40,802 nt of DNA from Candidatus Taylorbacteria bacterium RIFCSPHIGHO2_02_FULL_44_12 (GTDB lineage: Bacteria > Patescibacteriota > Minisyncoccia > Phycocordibacterales > PALSA-1337). The stretch spans positions 6,846 to 47,647 of the forward strand of contig MHRM01000012.1 in NCBI GenBank assembly GCA_001822575.1. The letters are read 5' to 3'. Below the pieces are notes generated by a model. It was not told the origin of the DNA. It searched no databases and worked only from the letters and a program-made list of their open reading frames with translations. Both the position numbers and the translations under genes were made by a program. The first letter of the stretch is position 1. Every line of letters begins with the position of its first letter. Below, piece after piece: positions 31,929 to 40,802 of the stretch.

Positions 31929-34799
31929 TTATTTATGATATCCCAACACCTTACCCAGCTTGCAATATTGACATTCTTTGTCATCGCAAAAGGAGTTCAG
32001 AAAGGACATCTTTAATATACTTTTGGCTGTGGAAATGATAAGTTTTTTCAGAGCTTCAACTTCATCATCGGAAATATCAAACCTTTCTTTCTTGTATATA
32101 CCACGATCATTCGGCTCAACAAAATCTATTTCGCCGTATTTCATCCGAAGTTTCTTTGATTCTCCCTCAAGAAGTAATTTGTAAAAAACCAATTGCCTTT
32201 TGTAATTACCATCCGCGTCCGCCGTTTTGCCTTCTATTTTATTCCTTGAATGTGGCTTGGCGGTTTTGTAATCCGTCACTATCACATTCTTGTCATCCAC
32301 AAACTCAACCTTGTCCAGCTTGCCCGATAATTCAAGTGTTCCCCCATTCTTGCCATCAATAGCGATACTGACTCCACGGACGCTGTATTCCGTCAATATT
32401 CGCCGGCCTTTTGAGAAATCACAACTAGAATAATATCCCTCCAAAGCCAATCTTCCTCTCTTGTACAAACTCTGAAAAATATCCATGGAAATAGGAGCTT
32501 TTTCCAACTCTTTTTTGAAAGCATTTATGAATAACTTTTTTGTCATTGTCTTGGCTTTTATATAACTATCAAATAGGGCCCGCAAGGCGGAATGAACAGC
32601 CGTACCATAGAGCTGATGAATGCTCTCGGCTTGGGGAATACGGACGAGATTAACAAAGAAATATCTCCACGGACATTGGAGAAAATTGTTTAGATGAGTG
32701 ACAGAGAACCCTTGGGACAGGAATGCTTTCCGGACGAAATCACTATTTACTATGGAAGATGACTTCCCTATTGGCATGCCCGCCAAAGCCCCGAAATAGT
32801 CCCGGGTTCCCCGTGCTGGCGGCCTTTCAAAAGAGACTGTTTCGGAAGGCATCTCTCCCACAAACTGGCTCGGCACCACGGCTTTACCATTCATGGACCG
32901 TGGATATGATACCGTCACTTCACGCCTAGCCCGAGTCATAGCCACAAAGAACAACCTTCTCTCATCTTCTATCCTGCCTGTGTCGCGAGCATGTTCAATA
33001 ATAGGTATAACAAACAGATTGCGTTTGGAGCGATTACCCCATGTTCCATCCACGGCATGAATAATGAAGACATGATCAAATTCCAAACCCTTGGCTCGGT
33101 GAGCAGTCATAAGACGAACACCACCGATGTGTTCGGATTGAGGATTCTTGATAGTCAATCCATGCTCGCGAGCCAGTCCAAGATAATGGACAAAATCAGC
33201 CAGATAAAAGCCCTTCATAGACCGAGCCATATTCATGACCATATCATGAAAGGCCTGTATAGTTGACAATCTTTCCAGAGAATCTTTGGCAGTGATGATA
33301 TCCGAGAGAATACCTGTCTCCCTCATCAAGATGTCAACAAATTCCACAAATGGTACAGTTCGGGCCTGATGAGACCATTGCTTGATCCGATCATAAGCTT
33401 TGCGGATCTTGGGATCGGCTGATTTGATCATAATATAAAGCGGCTTTTTTTGTCTGCTGGACATAGCACATAAAAGAGATACAGTCGCTGGTTCAAGATC
33501 ATTGAAATCCAAGAAGAGAGCCGCCGCCAATTTTTGATCGGATGAAGAGTCATTGATAGCTTCACAGAGGATTGTGATATACATCACATCCCTACTGGAC
33601 AAAAGATCCTTATCAGATTCCACCCGATGCGGTACGCCATAGGCGCCCAAGAAGGTGCTTATGCCCATAGCATGACTATTTTCCCTATACAAAACAGCTA
33701 TTTCTTCTGGTTTTTGTCCGCTTTCTATCAAATGCTTTATGGATTGGGCCACCAAGGCCAATTCATCTTCTTTGGTAGCCGTTTCCGTTACCCCCACAGC
33801 TCTTCCGCCTATCTGCAAAGATACAAGTTTTTCTTTATTTTGATCTGGAATGGAAGGGTTATTGCCGATAATACCGTGAGCCGCATCCAAAATTATTTGG
33901 CTTGAACGATAGTTATGACGAAGATTTATGATCTTGGCCTCTGGATACTTTTCCGAGAAATAAAGAAAGTTCCGGAGAGATGCTCCTTGAAAACGATATA
34001 TAGCCTGTTTATCATCTCCGACAATAAAAAGATTTGGTGAAGGGTGAAAATCCGCCAAAAGTTCCAATATTCTGTTCTGGGAAGCGTTGGCGTCTTGGTG
34101 CTCATCAGCCAAAATATATTGAAAATTTTCTTGAAGTCCTCTTTTGAGATCTATGTCATCTACCATGGCCCGGATCAATTCAAGAAGCATGTCGTCAAAA
34201 TCATATAATTTCCGTCTGGCCAATTCAGCTTCGTAAGCCCCATAAACAAAAGCCAATTCCAAATTTTTTAATTCTTGTTTTTGATCGCTTTTCCCAATAC
34301 TTTCCAATAACATTTTTGGAGATATATTCTCCCGCTTCAATATATGTATCTCCGACAACACTGGCCTGACATAATAAAAAGGAGCTCCGAAAGGACGGAG
34401 TAATTTTATCTCCTTGGAATAAAGGATCTTCTCAATAATATCAGCCTGCTCTGCTTCAGTTATGACCTTGGAACCGATAATTCGGGGAAAATTATCTGGG
34501 TATTGATTTATAATCATTTCGGCAAAACCGTGGAAAGTATGAATATTGACTCTATAAGCCGGTTGACCGATCAGGCTGATTAGCTTTCTCTTCATGGACT
34601 GGGCTCCAGACTCGGTAAAGGTAAGAGCCAAAATGCTGTCTGGAGTAGAATCGGTCAAACGCAATATATTTGCTATCCGTAATGACAAAACCGTGGTCTT
34701 GCCAGTACCAGGTCCAGCAATAACCATCACCGGTCCTTCTATGGCCTCCACGGCCCGACGCTGTTCATCATTCAGTCTCTGGTATATCTGATCTATCAT
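31929..34799 (-). CDS. UvrD/PcrA-family helicase fused to a C-terminal PD-(D/E)XK (Cas4/AddB-like) nuclease with a Cys cluster
   Basis: 956 aa. Helicase motifs are GPGTGKTT, ILADEHQDAN, VGDDKQAIYRFQGA, NYRSS, TAHRAKGLEFDHVFI and VAMTRARREV. The nuclease part has CPWRYF, GTAVHSAL, VIVTDYKT, QLVFYKLL and CDDKECQYC. Its ATG abuts the rpoD stop. Confidence 0.85.
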   Translation of the reverse strand: MIDQIYQRLNDEQRRAVEAIEGPVMVIAGPGTGKTTVLSLRIANILRLTDSTPDSILALTFTESGAQSMKRKLISLIGQPAYRVNIHTFHGFAEMIINQYPDNFPRIIGSKVITEAEQADIIEKILYSKEIKLLRPFGAPFYYVRPVLSEIHILKRENISPKMLLESIGKSDQKQELKNLELAFVYGAYEAELARRKLYDFDDMLLELIRAMVDDIDLKRGLQENFQYILADEHQDANASQNRILELLADFHPSPNLFIVGDDKQAIYRFQGASLRNFLYFSEKYPEAKIINLRHNYRSSQIILDAAHGIIGNNPSIPDQNKEKLVSLQIGGRAVGVTETATKEDELALVAQSIKHLIESGQKPEEIAVLYRENSHAMGISTFLGAYGVPHRVESDKDLLSSRDVMYITILCEAINDSSSDQKLAAALFLDFNDLEPATVSLLCAMSSRQKKPLYIMIKSADPKIRKAYDRIKQWSHQARTVPFVEFVDILMRETGILSDIITAKDSLERLSTIQAFHDMVMNMARSMKGFYLADFVHYLGLAREHGLTIKNPQSEHIGGVRLMTAHRAKGLEFDHVFIIHAVDGTWGNRSKRNLFVIPIIEHARDTGRIEDERRLFFVAMTRARREVTVSYPRSMNGKAVVPSQFVGEMPSETVSFERPPARGTRDYFGALAGMPIGKSSSIVNSDFVRKAFLSQGFSVTHLNNFLQCPWRYFFVNLVRIPQAESIHQLYGTAVHSALRALFDSYIKAKTMTKKLFINAFKKELEKAPISMDIFQSLYKRGRLALEGYYSSCDFSKGRRILTEYSVRGVSIAIDGKNGGTLELSGKLDKVEFVDDKNVIVTDYKTAKPHSRNKIEGKTADADGNYKRQLVFYKLLLEGESKKLRMKYGEIDFVEPNDRGIYKKERFDISDDEVEALKKLIISTAKSILKMSFLNSFCDDKECQYCKLGKVLGYHK

Positions 34800-36059
34800 T
34801 CAATAATTTTTGATCCGATTGATCCTGTCGTGCTGGCGGATCTTTTCGTGAGCCTTGGCTTCTATTTGGCGGATCCGTTCACGAGTAACTCCAAATTCAC
34901 GGCCGACTTCTTCTAGAGTATGGGTAATGCCATCAGTCAAACCATGTCGCATCTCCAAGATTCTGCGCTCTTTTTCGGAAAGATCATCTAGAATAAGATG
35001 AACCTGATCGCGCAGGATCCGTCTGGAAGATTCCTGGTCTGGCGAGAGTATCTTATCATCAGCTATGAAATCTTGAAGGGTGGACTTACCATCTTCATCG
35101 CCCTCGCCGACCGGACTCTCCAGAGAAACAACATCTTGTTCTATCTTTTCTATCTGGTATATTTTCTCTACATCCATGCCCATCTCCATAGCGATCTCTT
35201 CAGGAAGAGGATCCCGACCCAAATCTTGAGTCAATCTACGAACAACTTGTTTGTACTTGGCGATGGTTTCAACCATGTGGACTGGGACCCGAATAGTCCG
35301 AGACTGGTCAGCCAGAGCCCGAGTGATAGCTTGGCGGATCCACCAAGTGGCATAGGTGGAAAATTTGTAGCCCTTTGTCCAGTCAAACTTGTCTACAGCC
35401 CGGAAGAGCCCAAGATTGCCTTCTTGGATCAGATCCAAGAGAGTCAGGTCTGGACTACGTCCGACATATTTCTTGGCAATAGAAACCACCAAACGCAGAT
35501 TGGCTTTGGCCAACAGATTCTTGGCTTCAATGTCACCAGATTCTATTCGTCTAGCCAGATTCTTTTCTTCAGCCCCACTGATCAACGGATATTGACCGAT
35601 CTCTTTGAGATACATTTGAATGGAATCATAGGCCGAATCCGAACCACTCCGAGAATAAGCGGAAGCAGCTTTTTTTGGATTCAAGTCTTCTATCTCCAGA
35701 AGCCCGCCACCTTCTAGAACATCGACATTGGCTCCAGAGAGCTTCAGGTACAATTCATCCAAAAAGAAAATGTCATTTTCTATTTGAGGAAATTCTTTGA
35801 GGATTTCGTCATAGGTCACAAAGCCCCGATCCCGGCCCTTTTGGATGAGCTTATCAGCCCTATTATCAGACAGACGTTCGGCCTTGGTTCTAGGTTTATT
35901 TTTGATAGGAATACTAGCCTTGGCCGATTTGACCATGTCAGGTCTGGTAGCGGATCTTGAAGGACGCTTAGTCTGCTTAGCCGAATGTTTGGCCACGGGC
36001 CTTCTGGATCCCCGCTTATTACGGCGGATTTTATTGTTTGTTTTTTTGGACTTGGACAT
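34800..36059 (-). CDS. rpoD: Primary RNA polymerase sigma factor (sigma-70 family) with a strongly basic N-terminal extension
   Basis: Region 2 is [39 protein letters not shown] and region 4.2 is [20 protein letters not shown]. The start was taken at the ATG at 36059 (MSKSKK), and the track starts at a TTG at 36065. Confidence 0.92.
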   Translation of the reverse strand: MSKSKKTNNKIRRNKRGSRRPVAKHSAKQTKRPSRSATRPDMVKSAKASIPIKNKPRTKAERLSDNRADKLIQKGRDRGFVTYDEILKEFPQIENDIFFLDELYLKLSGANVDVLEGGGLLEIEDLNPKKAASAYSRSGSDSAYDSIQMYLKEIGQYPLISGAEEKNLARRIESGDIEAKNLLAKANLRLVVSIAKKYVGRSPDLTLLDLIQEGNLGLFRAVDKFDWTKGYKFSTYATWWIRQAITRALADQSRTIRVPVHMVETIAKYKQVVRRLTQDLGRDPLPEEIAMEMGMDVEKIYQIEKIEQDVVSLESPVGEGDEDGKSTLQDFIADDKILSPDQESSRRILRDQVHLILDDLSEKERRILEMRHGLTDGITHTLEEVGREFGVTRERIRQIEAKAHEKIRQHDRINRIKNY

Positions 36060-36091
36060 TGGCAAGAAAAAATAAAACCAGTATTGGGATG

Positions 36092-36120
36092 ATTGTACGC
36101 TATTTTGTGATAATACGCAA
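36092..36120 (-). promoter_or_regulatory. rpoD promoter TTGCGT-17-TACAAT in the dnaG-rpoD spacer
   Basis: The minus strand reads TTGCGT-ATTATCACAAAATAGCG-TACAAT. The leader to the ATG is 32 nt. Confidence 0.5.
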
Positions 36121-36186
36121 TAGGGTTTACCATTCTCGGGGGCTCAAACTACATTGCGGGGAAGTAAAAGAATGTTCGCCGGGCTC
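36121..36186. repeat. Half-copy of the GGGYTTRCCATTC...TTGCG...AATGTTYGCC repeat family
   Basis: TAGGGTTTACCATTCTCGGGGGCTCAAACTACATTGCGGGGAAGTAAAAGAATGTTCGCCGGGCTC. Its reverse complement aligns closely with the left half of 27468-27615 (GAGCCCCCGAGAATG..., CGCAATG..., CGAACAT...). Confidence 0.8.
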
Positions 36187-36201
36187 AACATAATTACTCT
36201 G

Positions 36202-38103
36202 TCATTGCATACCGGATGATGATGCCTTGGCTTTTCTGGCTGACAATTCCTGACATTTCCTAGCCAATTCCGCCACTTTGTGATGTTCTCCGGATTTTTC
36301 CGCCAAACGCAATTCTTTCATCGTATCCATCAGATCTTCATTGATGATATCTCTTTCAAAATTTGAAAGTATCTCTCTAAAATGTTTGTCCCACCCCGCT
36401 TGATCACTGCCAAAGTAGGCCTCGGCTTCAAAAGCCAAATCGGCCATAACCATATCGGCCTGTTTTGCCCGTCTTTGATAAGAATCACCGGCAATCTTCT
36501 TTAGATGATCGCGATATTCTTTGGCTTGAGGAAGGTTATCTTTGTCCATCAGATATAAGATTCCGAACAATTGCCGTTCGGCTCTATCAACATTTTTGAC
36601 TATTTCACTACTTGTCCGCGAAGACTTTGTAGATACGACAGTCTTTGGGTCCGCCGCCTTCAAGCGATTGGCAATGACTTTTAGATCATTCCAAATAACA
36701 TCTTCATTGGCTATTCCGGCTCTATCGCGGATCATCCCAACAAAATGTCCTTTGTCGGTTTCTTTTTCTATATTCACTAATAGCGGAAAGACTCGTTCTT
36801 GAAGGGCTTGAAGTGTCTTCCGTCTATCGGTTATTTCAGCCAAAACATTATCCAGTTCAAATTCCACCACATTCTTGGCTTGACGGAGCGATTGCCTCCA
36901 TAATTCAACATTTTCCTTGACCAAGTCGGCTGGATCTTTGCCGCCTATGATATCGGCAATCTTGACATCCATCCCTATGGACAAAGCGATACCTGCGGCT
37001 CGCAAGGCGGCCTTGCGGCCAGCCAGATCAGAATCAAAAGCAATGATAACATTGGGAGACAGTCTGCGAATAAGGCCTAGATTGTTTACAACCCCCTCTT
37101 TGCTCACTGATCCATCAGAAAGAGCGGTTCCAGAAGCGGCAACGGTATTGCGCACTCCGGCCTGATGTGACAAGACCAAGTCCATCTGCCCTTCTACCAA
37201 AATAGAATAATTCAACCGCCGAATCTCACTCTTAGCTTTGTCCAAACCATACAAAACAGAGGACTTGTCATATAGAGGAGTGTCTGGGCTATTAAGATAT
37301 TTGGCCGACTTGCCATCGTCCTTGACGATTCTACCAGAGAATCCAACTACCCTCCCGCCGGAATCCATGATTGGAAACATTACTCTACCGCGAAACCGAT
37401 CGTAATAGTGTTGTGAGGTTTTACTAGAATTATTGTCTGTAGGGACGGCGATGAAGCCGACCGTTTTGGCAAGCGCGAGCGTAGCGGAGCGTGAGCTGCG
37501 AGCGTTTGCCAAAACAGCGGCGGAAGAAGCCGTCCCTACAGAAGTATCCTCCCACACATCAGTTTCCTTGCGTTTGATCAAACCCACTTTATCTAGCAGT
37601 AGATCATTCCAATTCTTTCTCTTCAAATGATCACGGAGATTGCTCCAGCCTTCCGGCGCCCAACCCAATCTGAAAGTTTTTTGGCTTTCAGCGGAAATGC
37701 CTCTACTTTTGAGATATTCTTGAGCGAGTGGGGATTTGGAGTATTGATCTTCAAAGAATTGAGTGGCTGTTTCCATGATCTGAAACAATATATCGCGCTC
37801 TCCATCGGCTTTGCGGTCAACAGTCAGAGTTACGCCAGCTTTTTCCGCCAAGATCTTAAGAGCTCCCCGAAAATCCAATCCTTCAAACTGTTGAATAAAA
37901 GAAAATATATCGCCCTTTGCTCCGCAACCAAAACAATAGTACCCGCCACGATCCGGCGAGACGAAAAAAGATGGGCTCTTTTCATTGTGAAAAGGACATT
38001 TTGCCTTGTAAGATTTGCCAGCTTTTTCCAATTTGACATAGGTGCCTACCACTTCATCTATAGGCAAACGGCTCTTTATTTCTTCTACGGCGCTCCGATT
38101 CAT
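36202..38103 (-). CDS. dnaG: DNA primase, carrying an in-frame palindromic insertion
   Basis: 633 aa with the zinc ribbon CPFHNEKSPSFFVSPDRGGYYCFGCGAKGD, YDRFRGRVMFPI, and TOPRIM (ILVEGQMD, AFDSDLAG). Confidence 0.92.
   Translation of the reverse strand: MNRSAVEEIKSRLPIDEVVGTYVKLEKAGKSYKAKCPFHNEKSPSFFVSPDRGGYYCFGCGAKGDIFSFIQQFEGLDFRGALKILAEKAGVTLTVDRKADGERDILFQIMETATQFFEDQYSKSPLAQEYLKSRGISAESQKTFRLGWAPEGWSNLRDHLKRKNWNDLLLDKVGLIKRKETDVWEDTSVGTASSAAVLANARSSRSATLALAKTVGFIAVPTDNNSSKTSQHYYDRFRGRVMFPIMDSGGRVVGFSGRIVKDDGKSAKYLNSPDTPLYDKSSVLYGLDKAKSEIRRLNYSILVEGQMDLVLSHQAGVRNTVAASGTALSDGSVSKEGVVNNLGLIRRLSPNVIIAFDSDLAGRKAALRAAGIALSIGMDVKIADIIGGKDPADLVKENVELWRQSLRQAKNVVEFELDNVLAEITDRRKTLQALQERVFPLLVNIEKETDKGHFVGMIRDRAGIANEDVIWNDLKVIANRLKAADPKTVVSTKSSRTSSEIVKNVDRAERQLFGILYLMDKDNLPQAKEYRDHLKKIAGDSYQRRAKQADMVMADLAFEAEAYFGSDQAGWDKHFREILSNFERDIINEDLMDTMKELRLAEKSGEHHKVAELARKCQELSARKAKASSSGMQ
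37437..37541. repeat. 105-nt palindromic element inside the dnaG reading frame (exactly 35 codons: SVGTASSAAVLANARSSRSATLALAKTVGFIAVPT)
   Basis: The outer stem pairs CTGTAGGGACGGC (37437-37449) with GCCGTCCCTACAG (37529-37541). The inner stem pairs GTTTTGGCAA with TTGCCAAAAC. It lies just upstream, in protein terms, of the conserved YDRFRGRVMFPI block. Confidence 0.85.
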
Positions 38104-38109
38104 GGGCTG

Positions 38110-38115
38110 ATTATA
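38110..38115 (-). promoter_or_regulatory. -10 box TATAAT 6 nt upstream of the dnaG ATG (leaderless configuration)
   Basis: The minus strand reads TATAAT-CAGCCC-ATG(38103), immediately after the rpoC terminator. Confidence 0.45.
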
Positions 38116-38119
38116 ACTG

Positions 38120-38150
38120 AAAAAACAAAACCCCGCCGAAGCGGAGTTTT
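38120..38150 (-). terminator. Rho-independent terminator downstream of rpoC
   Basis: The minus strand reads AAAACTCCGC-TTCG-GCGGGGTTTT-GTTTTTT. It has a TTCG tetraloop and a T-run. Confidence 0.8.
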
Positions 38151-38162
38151 GTGGAGTTTACT

Positions 38163-40802
38163 TTAGTCTTTGGTTTCTTTTCTATCATTGACCCCATCTA
38201 CCATATCTTTTTTGGGTGATCCGGCAAAACCAGAGCCGGCTGGGACTAGGCGGCCGATGATGACATTTTCCATCAGCCCAGAGAGATCGTCCTCGGCTCC
38301 GCGGACTGCGTTGGATATCAAAACACGGGTAGTGTGCTGGAATGAAGCGGCCGAGAGAAAACTCTTTCTGGAGAGCGATGTCTCGGTGATGCCCATGACC
38401 AACCGTTCGGCCTTGGCCGGAGAACCTCCAGAAGCCTTGGCAAGAATATTCTCTTCGGACAGATATATATCGTCAACTATCATTCCCTCGGTCAGATTGG
38501 TGTCACCAGCTTCTTTGATCCGGCGACGGGAAAACATTTGTTTGACTATGAGCTCTATGTGTTTCCTTGAAACCGTCTCGCCTTGGAGTTCGTATATCTT
38601 GCCAACTTCGGTGATAACATATTCCTTGGCTCTTTCTTCGCCACCATATTCAAAAACTTCGTCAATATTGGCCGAGCCATCGGTCAAAAGGTCGCCTTTT
38701 TTGACTCTATCTCCTATCTTGACCATTGTAGTCCGGCGATATGGAAAAACATATTCTATCTCTCCACCCGGAGCCAGAGCCTTTTTCTTGCCACGCTTGG
38801 CAGGTGTTGGAGTCTTGATGGATATGTCCTTTTTGCCTTCATCAATCAAAGAATCTGTCAAAACCCGAATGATCTTTTCTTTGCCATTGTCTTTGACATC
38901 GGTTACTACCCCATCCACAGCCGAAACCACGGCTGGGTTTTTGGGTTGGCGCTTTTCAAAAATTTCTTCAACCCGCGGCAGACCTTGAGTGATATCTCCG
39001 CCCTGGGAAGCTGTGCCTCCGGCATGGAATGTCCGCATGGTAAGCTGGGTGCCTGGTTCGCCGATAGCTTGAGCGGCAATTGTTCCAACAGCCTCGCCCA
39101 AAGAGATCAAGCTATTCTTGCCGAGATCTAGACCGTAGCATTGAGCGCATACTCCACGGATAGTCTTGCATGATAGTGGCGAACGGACTCTGATCTCGCT
39201 AACACTGCTATCCTCTATGACCACGGCATCGGTTTTGGATATCAGATGACCCTTTTCAAATATAACCTTGCCTTCGGTGGAGAGGACTTTATCGGCCAAA
39301 ATCCGGCCGCGGACATTTTTTGAAAGCGGAATATTCATTCCCGAGGCACTCTGCCTGCGGATCAAAATGCCTTCCTTGGTGCCACAGTCTTCCTCGGAAA
39401 CCACCACATCTTGTGCCACCACAAAAAGCTTGCGTGTCAGATATCCGGCCTTGGCAGTATTGAGAGCCGTGTCAGTCAGACCCTTTCTAGAACCATGAGT
39501 AGTAATGAAATATTCTATAGGAGTCAAACCTTCCTTGGAACATGAAAGAATCGGAAATTCAATAGTCTCGCCAGAGACCGAAGAAATCAAACCCTTCATC
39601 CCGGCCATCTGGACGATTTGCTTGTAAGAACCACGGGCTCCAGAAGTGATCATGTCATAAACCGAACCATTCTTATCCAAAGTGGCAGGCATGGCTTTTT
39701 CCACATCGCTTTTGGATTTTTGCCAAATCTCTATATGTTTTCTAATCCTCTCTTCTTCGGTCAACAGACCACCCTCAAATTGTTCGGTCACCACTCCGGC
39801 ATTGATCTTGGCATTGGCCACAATGTCTTTTTTGGCCTCTGGAATAACAATGTCATTTATCCCCCATGTCGTTCCGGAATGAGTAGCGTATTTGAATCCA
39901 AAAGATTTGATGGCATCCAATATTGGAGGGGTCTTGTCCACTCCATATCTAGACATGAAGGAATCAACCGTGGCTCCAAGCATCTTATTGTCAATCTCTT
40001 TATTGATAAAAGGATATTCATCTGGCAGAATATCGTTAAATAATATCCGACCGACAGTCGTTTCAAAAAATCCTTCTTTGTATTCAAGATATTTTGGAGA
40101 TTTTGGAGCCAAAATTTTGATCTTGGCCCGGAGATTGAGAGCCTCAAAACTGTGAGCTAGAGTAGCAGCCGAAGGTGATTCAAATATCCCCCCTTCACCT
40201 TGCAATCCCGATATCATTTTGGTTACCCAAAAACATCCCAAAACAATATCAAGCTTGTCCACCGAGACCACCATATTGCCGCTTCCAGGTTTTAGAATAT
40301 TCTTGTTCGAAGCCATGATCTCCCGAGCTTCCATTTGAGCCTCATCGGAGAGTGGAACATGAACAGCCATCTGGTCACCGTCAAAATCGGCGTTGAAAGC
40401 CGTACAAACCAAAGGATGGACTTGGATGGCATTACCTTCTATCAAGATCGGTCTGAATGCTTGAATACCCAGACGATGCAGGGTTGGAGCCCGATTCAAG
40501 AGAACATATTTGCCATATATCACTTCCTCAAGAATTTCCCAGACTTCTTTGGAACCATCATCAATCAAACGATTGGCCCCGCGAATGTTGTAAGCCAACT
40601 CCCTTTTGATCAGACCAGATATCACAAAGGGTCGGAAGAGCTCCAAAGCCATGTGCTTGGGCAGACCACACTGGTCCAGCTTCAGCTCGGGACCAACGAC
40701 TATCACCGACCGACCGCTATAGTCCACGCGCTTGCCAAGCAGATTTTGTCGGAATAGGCCGCGTTTGGATTTGAGACTATCGGACAGAGACTTAAGAGCC
40801 CT
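38163..40802 (-). CDS. rpoC: DNA-directed RNA polymerase subunit beta' (C-terminal ~880 aa; gene continues beyond the right edge)
   Basis: It contains the NADFDGDQM catalytic loop plus trigger-loop and jaw regions. The frame stays open upstream of the track's start at 40727. My translation of 40802-40728 gives [25 protein letters not shown], followed by [13 protein letters not shown]. Confidence 0.95.
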   Translation of the reverse strand, partial: RALKSLSDSLKSKRGLFRQNLLGKRVDYSGRSVIVVGPELKLDQCGLPKHMALELFRPFVISGLIKRELAYNIRGANRLIDDGSKEVWEILEEVIYGKYVLLNRAPTLHRLGIQAFRPILIEGNAIQVHPLVCTAFNADFDGDQMAVHVPLSDEAQMEAREIMASNKNILKPGSGNMVVSVDKLDIVLGCFWVTKMISGLQGEGGIFESPSAATLAHSFEALNLRAKIKILAPKSPKYLEYKEGFFETTVGRILFNDILPDEYPFINKEIDNKMLGATVDSFMSRYGVDKTPPILDAIKSFGFKYATHSGTTWGINDIVIPEAKKDIVANAKINAGVVTEQFEGGLLTEEERIRKHIEIWQKSKSDVEKAMPATLDKNGSVYDMITSGARGSYKQIVQMAGMKGLISSVSGETIEFPILSCSKEGLTPIEYFITTHGSRKGLTDTALNTAKAGYLTRKLFVVAQDVVVSEEDCGTKEGILIRRQSASGMNIPLSKNVRGRILADKVLSTEGKVIFEKGHLISKTDAVVIEDSSVSEIRVRSPLSCKTIRGVCAQCYGLDLGKNSLISLGEAVGTIAAQAIGEPGTQLTMRTFHAGGTASQGGDITQGLPRVEEIFEKRQPKNPAVVSAVDGVVTDVKDNGKEKIIRVLTDSLIDEGKKDISIKTPTPAKRGKKKALAPGGEIEYVFPYRRTTMVKIGDRVKKGDLLTDGSANIDEVFEYGGEERAKEYVITEVGKIYELQGETVSRKHIELIVKQMFSRRRIKEAGDTNLTEGMIVDDIYLSEENILAKASGGSPAKAERLVMGITETSLSRKSFLSAASFQHTTRVLISNAVRGAEDDLSGLMENVIIGRLVPAGSGFAGSPKKDMVDGVNDRKETKD

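Noticed and set aside
37437-37541. The dnaG insertion as a mini-intein or other protein-splicing element
   Set aside because: It is only 35 aa and has no Cys/Ser/Thr at the N-terminal junction, no His-Asn at the C-terminal junction and no intein blocks. The DNA is a near-perfect palindrome, which points to a nucleic-acid-level element.
38170-40757. Plus-strand ORFs (272, 182, 141 and 140 aa) antisense to rpoC
   Set aside because: They are shadow ORFs opposite a highly conserved gene, with a low-complexity Ser/Pro-rich composition.
1-40802. CRISPR arrays, transposases, integrases, prophage genes, retron or DGR reverse transcriptases, and rRNA genes
   Set aside because: No evenly spaced direct-repeat array is present, and no ORF shows DDE, tyrosine or serine recombinase motifs or RT motifs. 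The many repeats are palindromic and non-autonomous (MITE/REP-like) rather than autonomous mobile elements.
1-40802. An alternative genetic code (UGA as Gly, as in some candidate phyla)
   Set aside because: Long conserved genes (gyrA, rpoC, dnaG, ftsZ) are uninterrupted under the standard code. TGA terminates several well-delimited genes, for example at 5937-5939 and 36202-36204 and at the rpoD stop at 34800-34802.

Overview
This 40.8-kb window comes from a tightly packed, small-genome bacterium. It uses the standard genetic code: TGA is used as a stop and is absent from the long conserved genes. The gene content looks Patescibacteria/CPR-like, which is an inference. It rests on tandem TrbC/VirB2-type T4SS-pilin paralogues, a minimal pilB-pilC-pilin operon and several fused or degenerate housekeeping proteins.

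Housekeeping genes:
- rnc (partial), a nusB-Nudix fusion, rpmF, tRNA-Lys(CTT), tRNA-Leu(TAG), gyrA, rpsA, pth and lepB.
- A degenerate HisRS-like paralogue, rpsU, ybeY, ftsA, ftsZ, trxB and a canonical hisS.
- A DEDD exonuclease and a DsbA-like protein.
- A dnaG-rpoD-helicase/nuclease operon and rpoC (partial).

Accessory blocks:
- 2337-6388: a receiver-like protein, a 560-aa coiled-coil membrane protein, an SPFH-like protein and a small membrane partner.
- 6597-10832: a methyltransferase, an orphan solute-binding protein and five tandem pilin-like paralogues.
- 22048-23184: an AT-rich FAD monooxygenase.
- 24419-28759: a compact type IV pilus / Com-like operon with a giant LVIVD-repeat pilin.

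The most striking signals not explained by the genes:
1. There are many distinct palindromic, MITE-like elements. Two of them are read through in frame inside the essential genes hisS and dnaG. The hisS copy has an intergenic paralogue with compensatory stem substitutions.
2. A dispersed GAGGTCGGACCTC palindrome family occurs six times.
3. A -10 box (often TGnTAnnnT) sits exactly 6-9 nt upstream of the ATG in at least ten genes, which implies mostly leaderless mRNAs.

No CRISPR array, transposase, integrase or rRNA was seen.
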